From: Shigella phage MK-13
DNA length: 64,000 nucleotides
Sequence record: MK509462
Strand: one strand, 5' to 3'
The notes under the pieces were generated by a model, which was not told the DNA's origin, ran no database searches, and saw only the letters and a list, made by a program, of their open reading frames with translations. This document shows, piece after piece, positions 18,121 through 28,177 of the stretch (position 1 is the stretch's first letter; each line of letters starts with the position of its first letter). The position numbers were made by a program, and so were the translations under genes.

Positions 18121-21120
18121 TCAACCTTTCTTCTTTTGCATCATGGCAAGAAGGTTCACACGACGCTTGTGTGACCAGCCGACCACGTCAAGGATGGACT
18201 GAATCGGGTCGATGAAGGACTTCTCAAAGGCTGTGTGGTAATCCACCCATTTACCCATACCCAGTTCCTCGGGGAAGAACTCAGGATATGCGAAGTAATT
18301 CTGGCCAAACGGGTTGCCATTCTTCAGCAGTACCATGTTGACCTTATCACCCGACTCAATCATTGGCAGGCCGAGGTCTTCGTTCTTCTCAACCAGACGG
18401 TTGTAACCCACACAAGCCTTGGCAGCGTAGTGAGCACCAGAGATGAACGAGCCGTCGGCGGCCACACACTTCTCTATGTCGGACACACCGGATGCCTTGG
18501 CGATATCGTCTACAGAGAGCTTCATGTACTCCTCTTTGTACTGGGAGATGAGCGTCTGTACTTCCTCTTCTGTGCCGAGCAGGATCTTCTCATAGCACTT
18601 GACAAGGCGCTCACGACACCATTCCGGCGTGGTGGACTTACGGGCTTCCAGACCTTTGAACTTGATCTTCGGCTTCTCGTACTTGATACCCTCACTGTCG
18701 TACACGGCCATGGCATACATCTTCTTGGCTCGCCAGACGGCAGCTGATGCAATTACTTCACGCTCCCACACCATGCGCTGTTCAAATCCGTTCATGGTGT
18801 TACACAGAAGCTGTGCCCACTCATTGGTCTTCGGCTGGTAGTTGTCTTTGATCCATTGGTCGATATTATCAACCATAGCATGATGGTCAGTAACATCAGG
18901 CCACAACTGCTTGACAAGACGCTCAATGCAGATGTAGTTGGAGTCGGTATCACCCGCGATGACGAAGTCCTGGCCTGTCGTGCCGCACAGCTTGTTCAGA
19001 TAGTCATCGGTGTAGCGCTTGTTCCACTTGTTGATCAGCTGACCGGACGTTGTGATGGCTTCGGCGATGTTGAGGTTGAAGTACTCTTTGAACCAGACGT
19101 TTGAGATCGCGCCATAGCCCGCGTTCATCAAGATCTTCAGACCTTGCTGTAGGGTCTCTTGAGCAACGCCCAGATCTTCCCACTTCTTCATCACTTCGGT
19201 CAGTGCATCAAGATCGATGTTCTTGTGCTCTTCATACCACTCTGGATCGTAGTAGCGGGACTTCATCGCAGACTCAAGATGGAAGTCACCCTTCGACATC
19301 TCTTTACACCATCCAGCCCACTGCTCGTACTTCAGCCCCTTGGCTTTCTCTACTTTACGGTCGCTGTAGATGCCGCGCATGATTTCAGACAGGAACGACA
19401 TCTTCTCGTTGCTGAAGAACTGAACGTTCGGCGTGAAGGACACGTTGTAGCGGCGCAGGGTTTCAAAGTGGAACTCACCCAGGGCAACCAGTTCATCAAC
19501 AACCTGCAGGCGTTCGTCAATCGCACGCAACAGCTTATCGTGAAGGGCTTTCATCAACCGACGTTTGTGCATCGGTGTTGCCATGTTATTCATCTGAGCA
19601 GCCAGCTCTTCACACATAGCCTCAATGATCTCACGGCGCTGGTGTTTGTCGCCAACGATAGTCTCAGGACCGAGGTTGTATTGCTGGATGATGTGAGGGT
19701 AGAGGGAGTTCAAGTCCTCAGAGAAGACCCAGAAGTAGATTCCTGGTGTCACCTCCATGACGTATGCGCCCTCAAAATCGGTCGGACCATCGTATACACG
19801 CTGGATCTTAGGCACTATCCCCTTCTCATACAGACGATAGTAGCACATGGCCAGCCACGGAGCCACAGTTCCCAGGCCGTCTTCATAGTTGGACTTGGTG
19901 CGGTACGCAAGGACGAACATCAGCTGAAGCAAACGCAGCTTCTGTTCTAGACGCCACACCAGCTTGACGTCCTTGATACCATATCGGGTGTGTTTGGCAT
20001 AGTCGTTGAAGTACAGGTCAAAGAGCGACTTGCTCTCACTGTAGTCCATCTTCTTCTCACCCAGCTCACAGTAAGCAATCCAGTCAAGAGAGTAGCGCTC
20101 ACGGGTGGTGTACGTGTGCTTCTTGTAGATCTGCATATAATCGAGCATAGGACAGCCCACGAACTGATACGTCGTGATATCGCCCTTCTTATCGCGAATG
20201 ATACGCTTCTTGATGACACCCCATGGGCTGAGGCGGTTGGTTTCGGCTTCGCCCAGTACCTGGTTCATGCGCTCAACAAGATACGGGCTATCGAACGTTT
20301 CAATGTTCCAGCCTGTCCAGCCGTCGAACTGACGCTGTGACCAGAAGTCAAGGAAAGATCGCAGCAGATCCTGCTCGGTGACAAACTCCTTGTACTCCAC
20401 CTCAAGTCCACCGATCTCCGCGTCTTCTGGATCGTATCTGAACTTCGCACGATCCTTCGCGCACGGCATACCCCACACCATGAACTTATTGGTCGCCATG
20501 TCCTGAAGCTGGATAAGCGTGATAGGGAACGCCGCATTCATGTCCTGGGTGATCTTGCCATTGCTATCAATGATAGGGAACTGGTCGGTCACGTTGTTGC
20601 TGATAAAGGAACTGGGGAAGTGCTCACGGATGAAGTCATGGTTGGCCAGTACCTGCTGATGGAAGCGGCGGATGCGTGCCTCGCTACCTTTGAACGTCTG
20701 CTGCTCAATAGTCGGATGAGGGAATGGACCCTTGGTCATCTCCCCATCTTTCCACCCGGCGGTGAACACTTCGATATCGAGGTTGGCGATATGGATATTG
20801 GAGTAATCCGGCTCGATCTTCCCAGGAAAGCTGTGGGCGATGAACTGGTATGCATAATCGGTCTGCCCGTAAATGGCTGCACCCTGGACTTCCTTATACT
20901 CCTCAAGGTAGTTGTCGGCAGTGCGCATGTCAGGGAACTTCTTAGAGACCAGGGGTTCGTTGAGCAAGCCGACCTTTTCAACATTTGAATAATCAGCCGT
21001 GGGTAAATAGAGAGTGGGTTCGAATTTCTTTTTCAACAGACGGCGATTACCCATGTCATCTGCGATTCGAATCAACAGGTCATTGCCCCGGCGGGCAACG
21101 TTCGTATAGAAAACGGTCAT
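18121..21120 (-). CDS. DNA polymerase, family B (T4 gp43-like)
   Basis: 999-aa ORF, ATG at 21120; exonuclease motif ANLDIEV, polymerase motif A DLNSLYPHI, motif B KILMNAGYG, motif C VIAGDTDS. Confidence 0.95.
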   Translation of the reverse strand: MTVFYTNVARRGNDLLIRIADDMGNRRLLKKKFEPTLYLPTADYSNVEKVGLLNEPLVSKKFPDMRTADNYLEEYKEVQGAAIYGQTDYAYQFIAHSFPGKIEPDYSNIHIANLDIEVFTAGWKDGEMTKGPFPHPTIEQQTFKGSEARIRRFHQQVLANHDFIREHFPSSFISNNVTDQFPIIDSNGKITQDMNAAFPITLIQLQDMATNKFMVWGMPCAKDRAKFRYDPEDAEIGGLEVEYKEFVTEQDLLRSFLDFWSQRQFDGWTGWNIETFDSPYLVERMNQVLGEAETNRLSPWGVIKKRIIRDKKGDITTYQFVGCPMLDYMQIYKKHTYTTRERYSLDWIAYCELGEKKMDYSESKSLFDLYFNDYAKHTRYGIKDVKLVWRLEQKLRLLQLMFVLAYRTKSNYEDGLGTVAPWLAMCYYRLYEKGIVPKIQRVYDGPTDFEGAYVMEVTPGIYFWVFSEDLNSLYPHIIQQYNLGPETIVGDKHQRREIIEAMCEELAAQMNNMATPMHKRRLMKALHDKLLRAIDERLQVVDELVALGEFHFETLRRYNVSFTPNVQFFSNEKMSFLSEIMRGIYSDRKVEKAKGLKYEQWAGWCKEMSKGDFHLESAMKSRYYDPEWYEEHKNIDLDALTEVMKKWEDLGVAQETLQQGLKILMNAGYGAISNVWFKEYFNLNIAEAITTSGQLINKWNKRYTDDYLNKLCGTTGQDFVIAGDTDSNYICIERLVKQLWPDVTDHHAMVDNIDQWIKDNYQPKTNEWAQLLCNTMNGFEQRMVWEREVIASAAVWRAKKMYAMAVYDSEGIKYEKPKIKFKGLEARKSTTPEWCRERLVKCYEKILLGTEEEVQTLISQYKEEYMKLSVDDIAKASGVSDIEKCVAADGSFISGAHYAAKACVGYNRLVEKNEDLGLPMIESGDKVNMVLLKNGNPFGQNYFAYPEFFPEELGMGKWVDYHTAFEKSFIDPIQSILDVVGWSHKRRVNLLAMMQKKKG

Positions 21121-21199
21121 GTAATTCTCCAGGTTATCCGTGCCGTTAGCACGTGAGCATATTTAACCATAGAGCCATTCATTGACCAAGGAGTTTATT

Positions 21200-21772
21200 A
21201 TGGCAATCCCCCTCGTTGGTATGATCCCAGGGGCGCTCAAGCAACTCTGGAACCTCGGGACTGATTTGATCCAATATAAGCGGGAAGTTGTTCAAGCCAA
21301 ACACGACGTCAAGCTGGAGGCCATCAAGTCCTCCTCAGATTGGGAGCTGTCTAAGATCACCGAAGTCGGCGGATCTTGGAAAGACGAATTCTGGACTATC
21401 GTGTTAGCCGTACCCGCTATCCTCGTCATGACTGCTCCGGTTGTGGAACTGATTTTGTTCCCTGGTGAGTATCATAAAGGGGATTTCATCAAAGCAGTAA
21501 TCGGTGGCCTCCAGGCGCTCGATACCGCACCTGAATGGTATACCTATTCATTATTGACAGCAATTAGTGCATCATTCGGTATCAAAGGCTACAACCACTA
21601 CAAAAGCAACGGGCGAAAAGCCCAGGCTGTGGATGCTCTCAAGCAGTTTGGGGTCAGGGTCGTACAAAAAGATCCCACTGTTGTTACTCAGTCGGGTGCT
21701 CCCGATCTTGAGTCTGCTCCCCCAGCTGGGTCTACTGCGACCTCTGGTGCGTGGCCTAATCTGAAGAAATAA
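21200..21772 (+). CDS. membrane protein (holin-like?), 190 aa
   Basis: ATG at 21200 with AAGGAG SD (ORF-track start 21182 is TTG); hydrophobic segments MAIPLVGMIPGAL and TIVLAVPAILVMTAPVV. Confidence 0.5.
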   Translation: MAIPLVGMIPGALKQLWNLGTDLIQYKREVVQAKHDVKLEAIKSSSDWELSKITEVGGSWKDEFWTIVLAVPAILVMTAPVVELILFPGEYHKGDFIKAVIGGLQALDTAPEWYTYSLLTAISASFGIKGYNHYKSNGRKAQAVDALKQFGVRVVQKDPTVVTQSGAPDLESAPPAGSTATSGAWPNLKK

Positions 21773-21778
21773 GTTCAA

Positions 21779-21804
21779 GGGGAGGAAACTCCCCTTTCTT
21801 TTGG
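21779..21804 (+). terminator. rho-independent terminator
   Basis: GGGGAG-gaaa-CTCCCC followed by TTTCTTTTGG. Confidence 0.6.
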
Positions 21805-21814
21805 TGTTTAGGGA

Positions 21815-22027
21815 ATGAAAGTGGTAAACAAGAGATTGCTCGTCACCCAAGGCGGGGCGACGATAGTGCGCGGAAGGATCTATGAACAGACACAGCTGGG
21901 TGATCACAAGACACGCCTGACTGTTAAGGCTCCCGATGGTGGTTGGCCGACAAAGGTGATTGTCCCAGACGGTCTCATAGAACGAGGGTCGGCAACGTAC
22001 AAGGGAGCAGAGTTCAAAATTTATTAA
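21815..22027 (+). CDS. hypothetical protein (70 aa)
   Basis: Plus-strand ORF. Confidence 0.4.
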   Translation: MKVVNKRLLVTQGGATIVRGRIYEQTQLGDHKTRLTVKAPDGGWPTKVIVPDGLIERGSATYKGAEFKIY

Positions 22028-22122
22028 AATATTTATTGAATAAAGTTTACTTCTTCAATAACTGGCGTATACTTCTAATTGTAGTACGAGCAAACAACAA
22101 TCTGAAGAGAAGGAAATACATC

Positions 22123-22680
22123 ATGGCAATCGAAATTATCGCTCAATCCAAATCAGGCAAGACTGTAATGTACGGTACTGAAGAAGGCCGCTGCATCATC
22201 AACTACGGCACCATCACTGGCGAGTCTCCAGAGAAAGGCGGTCGCTACCTGGTTGAGTACGGTTCACGCCTGCTGATGGTAAGCAAAGTCGATGGCCGTG
22301 AAATCATGATCCCTCGTAAAGAATACTTTGATTCACGCATTGAAGCCATGCAGTTCTTTTTCTTCCAGAAACGTCACGAACTCTTCGTTGAAGCGAAAGA
22401 CGCAGGTCTGGACGATGCCACTGCCGAACTGATTGCCGAAGGTAAAATGACTCTTGAGGCTGCTCTGGGTGACATGGATTGCGAAGCCGAAGCCCATTAT
22501 ATCGAATATTCCGCTTACCAGAATGAATGTGAAGACGATCCTGAAGACGACGGCTTCGACCCTGACCTTCACGGCGGCGAGGACGACAATACTCCTTCCC
22601 TGGAAGTGATCATGGCAGGCGGTCAGGCCGCTTGGGAGTGGCAGAACGAAAAGAACGCCTGGCTGGATTCCCGTCTTTAA
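22123..22680 (+). CDS. hypothetical protein (185 aa, acidic C-terminus)
   Basis: ATG at 22123 in the conserved context AGGAAATACATCATGGCAATCGAA; ORF-track 5' extension lacks an SD. Confidence 0.6.
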   Translation: MAIEIIAQSKSGKTVMYGTEEGRCIINYGTITGESPEKGGRYLVEYGSRLLMVSKVDGREIMIPRKEYFDSRIEAMQFFFFQKRHELFVEAKDAGLDDATAELIAEGKMTLEAALGDMDCEAEAHYIEYSAYQNECEDDPEDDGFDPDLHGGEDDNTPSLEVIMAGGQAAWEWQNEKNAWLDSRL

Positions 22681-22689
22681 TATGATGAA

Positions 22690-22710
22690 GCCCCTGTGGG
22701 GGCTTACTTT
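22690..22710 (+). terminator. GC hairpin (GCCCC-tgtg-GGGGC), terminator-like
   Basis: Follows the stop at 22680; followed by TTACTTT. Confidence 0.45.
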
Positions 22711-22728
22711 GAACTGAAGGACTATATC

Positions 22729-22893
22729 ATGGCAATCGAATATACCGAATCAGAGCACCGGAAGGTGGGCGCGAAATTGGAAGAATTGGCCAAACTCCTC
22801 CGCGAGTACCCATTCTCCGCTGATGTCAAAGAAGAACTCACTCGTGCCATGATGTCTATGGTGACCCTGTTGGCATTTGAAGTATCTGAATGA
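22729..22893 (+). CDS. hypothetical protein (54 aa)
   Basis: ATG in the conserved context GAAGGACTATATCATGGCAATCGAA. Confidence 0.45.
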   Translation: MAIEYTESEHRKVGAKLEELAKLLREYPFSADVKEELTRAMMSMVTLLAFEVSE

Positions 22894-22904
22894 AGGACTA
22901 TATC

Positions 22905-23456
22905 ATGAGCATTCCAAAAACTCCTGTCCGTATCGCTGTTGAGCCTCTGTTGTCGCAGGCCGAAGAAGCTGCCGAGCAGTACGCGAACAAAATCATCAAG
23001 AACGTGATGGACGACCTGGCCGCCAACGGCTGGGATCTTCAGAAGTGCGCTCCTTGGCCATCAACTGTCGGCATCCGAATGGGGCATCACGATTACCATC
23101 GCATGAAGGCAAAGCAGTCTTTGTATATGAGCCTGACTGCCGACAATAACCCACCAACCCGCTCTTATCGACCAGGTGCACCGAACATCGTCAAGGCCGA
23201 TCCAGAGCGCCAACGTCTGTTCATCAAGGAAGCCCGTCGCAACGCTGCACATCAGTATGAGTCTTTCATCTGCAAACTGGAAGACAAGATTGGCGGTCAC
23301 AGCGCGGCTGTGCTGGACGGTTCCCATATTTGGGGGCATTCAATTCTGACCGTGACTACTCCGGAAGGGATCCAGCGCTGGAAGACCCAGACTATCATCA
23401 ACGTGTCGAAGCTGGGTAAACTCTTTAACCAATATCCAACTCGGAAGGTGAAATGA
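22905..23456 (+). CDS. hypothetical protein (183 aa)
   Basis: ATG in the conserved context GAAGGACTATATCATG. Confidence 0.6.
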   Translation: MSIPKTPVRIAVEPLLSQAEEAAEQYANKIIKNVMDDLAANGWDLQKCAPWPSTVGIRMGHHDYHRMKAKQSLYMSLTADNNPPTRSYRPGAPNIVKADPERQRLFIKEARRNAAHQYESFICKLEDKIGGHSAAVLDGSHIWGHSILTVTTPEGIQRWKTQTIINVSKLGKLFNQYPTRKVK

Positions 23457-23827
23457 TGAACAACTTCGCACAGGAACTACAAGCAACCATAACCCAGGCT
23501 CAGGCCTGGAATGCTATGAGCAAAGTTGAAAAAGCCGTCGACATCTTTGTCAAGGAAGTGAAGAAAAACCTTATGCTCGAGGCGTCACGAGGCGTTGAAA
23601 TTGACGATATGGCATACGTCGTTTGTGGGCATACCTTTGACAATATGTTCACGGCATTCCACCAGGCTTACAGATGTTCACACTATCCGTCAGAGCACGA
23701 AATGAAAAAGTTCAAGAAGTTGCTGGGAGAAAGGATGCTCCAGGAAGGTCTGAAATTCGAATTCCGAAAGAATGAGCGAACCGAAATCGTTACCATGAGA
23801 TTCACAGCCCACACGGGCGAGATTTAA
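23453..23827 (+). CDS. hypothetical protein (124 aa)
   Basis: Plus-strand ORF overlapping the upstream stop. Confidence 0.6.
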   Translation: MMNNFAQELQATITQAQAWNAMSKVEKAVDIFVKEVKKNLMLEASRGVEIDDMAYVVCGHTFDNMFTAFHQAYRCSHYPSEHEMKKFKKLLGERMLQEGLKFEFRKNERTEIVTMRFTAHTGEI

Positions 23828-23832
23828 AAGAA

Positions 23833-23857
23833 AGGGGCTTAATGCCCCTTTTGTTAT
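23833..23857. terminator. bidirectional rho-independent terminator
   Basis: GGGGC-ttaat-GCCCC with T-runs on both strands, between convergent genes (stops at 23827 and 23854). Confidence 0.6.
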
Positions 23858-24312
23858 TCTTCCCAGAAGTCGTCATCGTCCCCGACGGCGGCCAGTTCCG
23901 TGTCCAGGTCTTCATCAGTGAACGGCGGTAGTACCCCATTCTGAATCAGATAATCCATTTCATCGTCTTCCAGCTGCAGGTCAGTGGCAATATACAGCGC
24001 TCCGCTGCCCTCTTCGTCCGTCTCGATACTGTACGAAGTGTATGGCACCCCATTCACTGTAATGATGATAGACGTTGGATCCTCGGGATCTACGTGCGCC
24101 TCGAACGGCACACCATCAATCGGCGCATCTTCCAGGAAGGTGGCAAGGGCTACAGCGGCGCGAACAACATCAGTGCCTTCAACGCCTGCATAGATCTCTT
24201 CCGCGCCCGTCTCTTCACGATCAAACAGCTCAATCGTGATACCGTCTTGAACACCAGTCCATACGGGGATGTCATTGGTGTATTCTGATTCAAACAATTT
24301 GGAGGTTGGCAT
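23854..24312 (-). CDS. hypothetical acidic protein (152 aa)
   Basis: Minus-strand ORF, Asp/Glu-rich. Confidence 0.55.
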   Translation of the reverse strand: MPTSKLFESEYTNDIPVWTGVQDGITIELFDREETGAEEIYAGVEGTDVVRAAVALATFLEDAPIDGVPFEAHVDPEDPTSIIITVNGVPYTSYSIETDEEGSGALYIATDLQLEDDEMDYLIQNGVLPPFTDEDLDTELAAVGDDDDFWEE

Positions 24313-24457
24313 GTTGGGTTCCTCAGTGGGTTAGCCATATGGGGTATTTAGGCTTCCCGCACCGCCAGGCCTGGTTTGTACAGGACGATCTCACGGAAAT
24401 ATTCAAGAAAGGTTTCATAGATACCCCACACGGGTTGTATGGGGTATTTAGAAGGGA

Positions 24458-25756
24458 TCAGGAAGGGGTGAAGCCGTTTACGGGTACTGTTTCAGGGATA
24501 GCCAGCTCAGGGCATGCAGCCTTCATTGGCTCGATGTACGGCTTGCTACCCACAATCCAGAACAGAGTGTTCTCATTGAGCAACTCGGGCTTGTTCTGCT
24601 GGATCCAGGTCATGACCTTGCCTTCATAGCGAGGGTGCAACTCAATATCACCCCACTGATAATCCATCAGGTCATTGTAACGAACCCAGTTGGTGGTGTG
24701 AAGATCCCAATGGTGTACCTCAAAACGAGGAAGCGTTATCTCTGGCTCGTCCTTCTGCCTGATACCACTTAGGAGGCCAGCCAGCGAAACGCTCTTAGAG
24801 GCATGCTGAAGCTCCTTCTTGCCGTGGACATAGTCTGGGTTGTCGTGATAACGGCGGGTGAAGTCGACAATGTGAGGCAGATTGGCTTGCTTACCAATGA
24901 TACGCAGGCGGCTCTCAATGAAGTCCAGGCGGTTTGGTCCAATCCCAATCAGATAAACACGCTTCAGATTAGGCTTAGGATGCATCGCCAGCCCGGTCAG
25001 GATGCTTGTGCATGAGTTGCATGATCCAGCAGGGATGATCAGATCGGTGATGTGGTCTGGGATGTTAGCAACCTGCTCGCCACCCAGCATATGGAAGCCA
25101 GCGATGCGCTCTGGGGAGTGAGCCGTGTGGTCCAGGGTGATACCATATTCCAGGTAGTACGCCTTTGGATTCACCTGCTCAATGAGTTTCTTACAGCGCG
25201 GCTGGATCGTGCTGTTGTAACCCGAGCCGACGAAGTTGAACTCACTGCCGAACCAGGCGCTCATCTCAACCATCCCATGGTTCATGCAAGTGGTTGGTTT
25301 GGTCGCGCCGAGTACAGTGGTTGTCTTTCCGCCGAAGTGCCGAGAGACTGCCGTCGCCATAGGGGATTGCGGACTACCAACGACAGTACCGTGGATGATG
25401 TCAGGGGAACCTCCGGCCTTCAGGTGCTCAACCATCAGCCAGATGGCCTGGCGCAACTTACTGCCATTGATGCCCTGCTGACCATTTGCGTAATTGGACA
25501 GCGGTGCAAAGTAATCTTCACGCTTGAACCAGACCTGCTGATTGGTTTCGGGGTTGGCAACGAGTTCGCACGGGGTGTGCTTGTAGAGATAGTCTTCCCA
25601 GTGGATGACATTGCGGTCAAGCGAGAGAGCATTGAAGATAGTTTTGCGGTCGCCCATAAGGGCATCCGGGGTATATGGAGCAAAGATAAAAGGGCTGGCG
25701 TTTTCTTCTATCGCCTGTTTGGTGATATCTATAAGTTTCTGAGTTTTGTCGTTCAT
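24458..25756 (-). CDS. PLP-dependent enzyme-like protein (fold-type II / ACC-deaminase-like?), 432 aa
   Basis: ATG at 25756 with GGAG SD; segment GINGSKLRQAIWL resembles the GGNKxRKL lysine motif of the ACC-deaminase / D-cysteine desulfhydrase family; weak, by recall. Confidence 0.4.
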   Translation of the reverse strand: MNDKTQKLIDITKQAIEENASPFIFAPYTPDALMGDRKTIFNALSLDRNVIHWEDYLYKHTPCELVANPETNQQVWFKREDYFAPLSNYANGQQGINGSKLRQAIWLMVEHLKAGGSPDIIHGTVVGSPQSPMATAVSRHFGGKTTTVLGATKPTTCMNHGMVEMSAWFGSEFNFVGSGYNSTIQPRCKKLIEQVNPKAYYLEYGITLDHTAHSPERIAGFHMLGGEQVANIPDHITDLIIPAGSCNSCTSILTGLAMHPKPNLKRVYLIGIGPNRLDFIESRLRIIGKQANLPHIVDFTRRYHDNPDYVHGKKELQHASKSVSLAGLLSGIRQKDEPEITLPRFEVHHWDLHTTNWVRYNDLMDYQWGDIELHPRYEGKVMTWIQQNKPELLNENTLFWIVGSKPYIEPMKAACPELAIPETVPVNGFTPS

Positions 25757-25825
25757 TCTATTTCTCCTGTAGACATTGGCTTATCATAGCGTATCTACAG
25801 GAGTATAGAAAAGGAGAATCTCGGC

Positions 25826-26524
25826 TTACTTCTTGAACAGACGAAGGAACTTCATCATGTTTTCCATGAAAGTCGGCTTCTTGACCTTTTGTTTTACCGG
25901 AGCACCCTGATCATTCAGAACACGACTGGCCGGAGGGGTAGGAGCCACAGGTGGCTCTACATATTTTCGATTCAGGCTTTCTTCAATCTCGCCCAATGAG
26001 GCGTCCTTCGTAGCCGGAACGATATTCACTGTATGACGCGGGGATTCAGCGACGTATTTGTTGTCAACCACAGTGACAGGCTTGACGAGATTCTTTTCGT
26101 ACTCGCGAGCCATGGCCTGGTACTTCCGATTCTCTGCGTCGAAGTCCATAGAAACGGCTTTACGACAACGGCGGGTTGCGCTTTCATCACCATAGAAATA
26201 GAAGAAGTTTTTGACCAGCCAATGGATTGCCTGTTCACGCGTATAGAATACTTTGAACGGCTGACCGTCGCCCTCTTCGGCGGCGGTAATACTAGAGTAA
26301 CCCATAAGGACAACCTGCCCCTTCACGCCGAGATCAAAGGGTGTGCATTCGCCAGGCTGGTTGAGATCACGCGGAGCGAGCTGGGAGCCGCGATGGATAT
26401 AATTCGGCGACAAGAACTCGTTCAGAGTACGCTTGTTGCCTTTGTATTGGAACATACGGATTATAGTTGGGGTGGACTGCAATTCCCATTCTTCAGTATT
26501 TTCCCAGATAGAAACATTACGCAT
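25826..26524 (-). CDS. hypothetical protein (232 aa)
   Basis: Minus-strand ORF. Confidence 0.6.
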   Translation of the reverse strand: MRNVSIWENTEEWELQSTPTIIRMFQYKGNKRTLNEFLSPNYIHRGSQLAPRDLNQPGECTPFDLGVKGQVVLMGYSSITAAEEGDGQPFKVFYTREQAIHWLVKNFFYFYGDESATRRCRKAVSMDFDAENRKYQAMAREYEKNLVKPVTVVDNKYVAESPRHTVNIVPATKDASLGEIEESLNRKYVEPPVAPTPPASRVLNDQGAPVKQKVKKPTFMENMMKFLRLFKK

Positions 26525-26594
26525 TGGTGTATCCTCAAATCAATGATAGGGGTTTAACGGTTAAATTTTAAACCCCTATTGGTTGTTGAACAAA

Positions 26595-27113
26595 TTAGAT
26601 GGTGCTCATGTAGAGAGGAACCACCTGCTCTGCGATCAGAACGATCTCATTAATGGTGAAGTCGCCACCATAAGAATACAGCTTCATCTGCGCCCCGTTG
26701 GTTGCGAGGTTCCCTGCCTTGTCAACACTGAAGAACGTGATAAAGGAGAGAACGTCTGGGGGCGGTACGCTGGAATCTCGACTCTTAGACAATTGGTTGC
26801 CTGTAGAGCCAACAAAGTCCAGCAACATCGTCCTGTTGGATGTCGAACCAGACCATGTTCCGATGATGTTCACCTTGACAGGCAAGATAGAATCGACCGG
26901 AAATGCATGGAACTTATGGTCGGACAATTTGAAGAAAGGGGCTAACCCAGTCACAGACGAAGGATGCGGTGTTTTACCGTCCAACAACGTTAAGAGATCA
27001 ACACCAGTCGCTCCAGCAGGCAAAGCCGCTGTGAGGCCAGAGAACCTCACTTCAACTTTGATGCGGTGCGTCTGGAGCATATTGCCCAGGTAAGGAGAAG
27101 GTAGAATGGCCAT
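26595..27113 (-). CDS. hypothetical protein (172 aa)
   Basis: Minus-strand ORF. Confidence 0.55.
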   Translation of the reverse strand: MAILPSPYLGNMLQTHRIKVEVRFSGLTAALPAGATGVDLLTLLDGKTPHPSSVTGLAPFFKLSDHKFHAFPVDSILPVKVNIIGTWSGSTSNRTMLLDFVGSTGNQLSKSRDSSVPPPDVLSFITFFSVDKAGNLATNGAQMKLYSYGGDFTINEIVLIAEQVVPLYMSTI

Positions 27114-27121
27114 GGCTCCTC

Positions 27122-27376
27122 CTAGGAAACGATAACAGAGGAAGCAGAAGACGCGCTCTTAACCCACCCAACAGTCGGCGGGGTGAGCACAACGATATTA
27201 CCTTGATAGAGAGTATGAGCCGGAGAGGAAGCACTCGGCGTGGTTGGACTATCACACAAATACACAGAACCTTGAGTCACTTGTATTGTTTTCAATGATG
27301 TGCCATCTGAGACTTGCGTCCATGTACTTGCATCCAGAGTAAACTTGGCTGTTGCCATGATACACCTCCTGTACAA
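27122..27376 (-). CDS. hypothetical protein (about 78-84 aa)
   Basis: Minus-strand ORF. Confidence 0.4.
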   Translation of the reverse strand: MYRRCIMATAKFTLDASTWTQVSDGTSLKTIQVTQGSVYLCDSPTTPSASSPAHTLYQGNIVVLTPPTVGWVKSASSASSVIVS

Positions 27377-27786
27377 GTTCAGATCTATTTATACCGGACA
27401 AAAGAAAGCCGGATATCCTTATCCGGCTATACCACATCGATGGGATGGGTGGAAAGACTACACACTTTGCACTGGTACTGCCCTATGGGAGAGCGCGTCA
27501 GGAGTCGAACCTGAAGTCGTCGGCGTAGAGAAAGCTATTTGCATTTCACTATCCTCGCCGCGATTTTCTTAACTTCCTAAACACCCGATTACGAGAGAGT
27601 CGGCATGCACACCTTCTAACTCTTCAGGAAGTCACGCCCACAATTTGGTGCCCGTTAGAGGGGTTGAACCTCAGCACTCTGGTGATCAACCCAGAGAGTC
27701 GCGCCTCATCCGTTTGTTAGTCAGATTTGGGTCTTGCAAAACCTTAACCGACCGTCTACAAACAGACTGCTTGACCGAGCGTAATT

Positions 27787-27870
27787 TGGAGCGGGAGAGC
27801 AGGATTCGAACCTGTCCAGTGATCGTCGCCGATGATCAGTCGGCTACTGTCCAACCCCTATGGCTCCCGC
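27787..27870 (-). tRNA. tRNA-like gene, near-canonical (tentative anticodon GAT)
   Basis: Perfect 7-bp acceptor GCGGGAG/CTCCCGC plus T and CCA, T-loop TTCGAAT, 5-bp anticodon stem GCCGA/TCGGC; one extra nucleotide at the T-stem/acceptor junction and a D-stem mismatch. Confidence 0.45.
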
Positions 27871-28093
27871 GAAATAAGGACGGGCTTCACACCCGATTGA
27901 GCATTTGATCTGCCGTAGCCCAACTCCCCGCGCTTCTCAGCGCCGATTGGTTAACTGGCGACCAGTGCCTTCTGGTTCGATCTCCTGGAACTTTACAGGC
28001 TTTGCGCCCGACCATTTCTGGAAGTTGGGGCATCGTTTCCGATGTGGAGTCACCCCATTTTATACACAGCGTGGCTGCAACGCTTACTGTGTT

Positions 28094-28177
28094 TGGTGTG
28101 AGTGGATGGATTCGAACCACCGCGCTGTTACGGGGAGATTTACAGTCTCCTGCATTCGACCGCTCTGCCACACTCAC
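28094..28177 (-). tRNA. tRNA-Tyr (anticodon GTA), type II with long variable arm
   Basis: Acceptor GTGAGTG/CACTCAC + A + CCA; anticodon stem GGAGA/TCTCC with loop CTGTAAA; T-arm GGTGG-TTCGAAT-CCATC; 84 nt. Confidence 0.75.

Noticed and set aside
24803-26557. Plus-strand ORFs 24803-25015, 25052-25789 and 26033-26557
   Set aside because: Antisense to the PLP-enzyme-like and adjacent minus-strand genes, which have proper ATG and SD; treated as shadow ORFs
27486-27514. Complete tRNA genes at the T-arm-like motifs 27486-27514, 27646-27672 and 30282-30307
   Set aside because: No complementary 5' acceptor strand could be paired to the 3' strand within tRNA distance; reported as fragments instead
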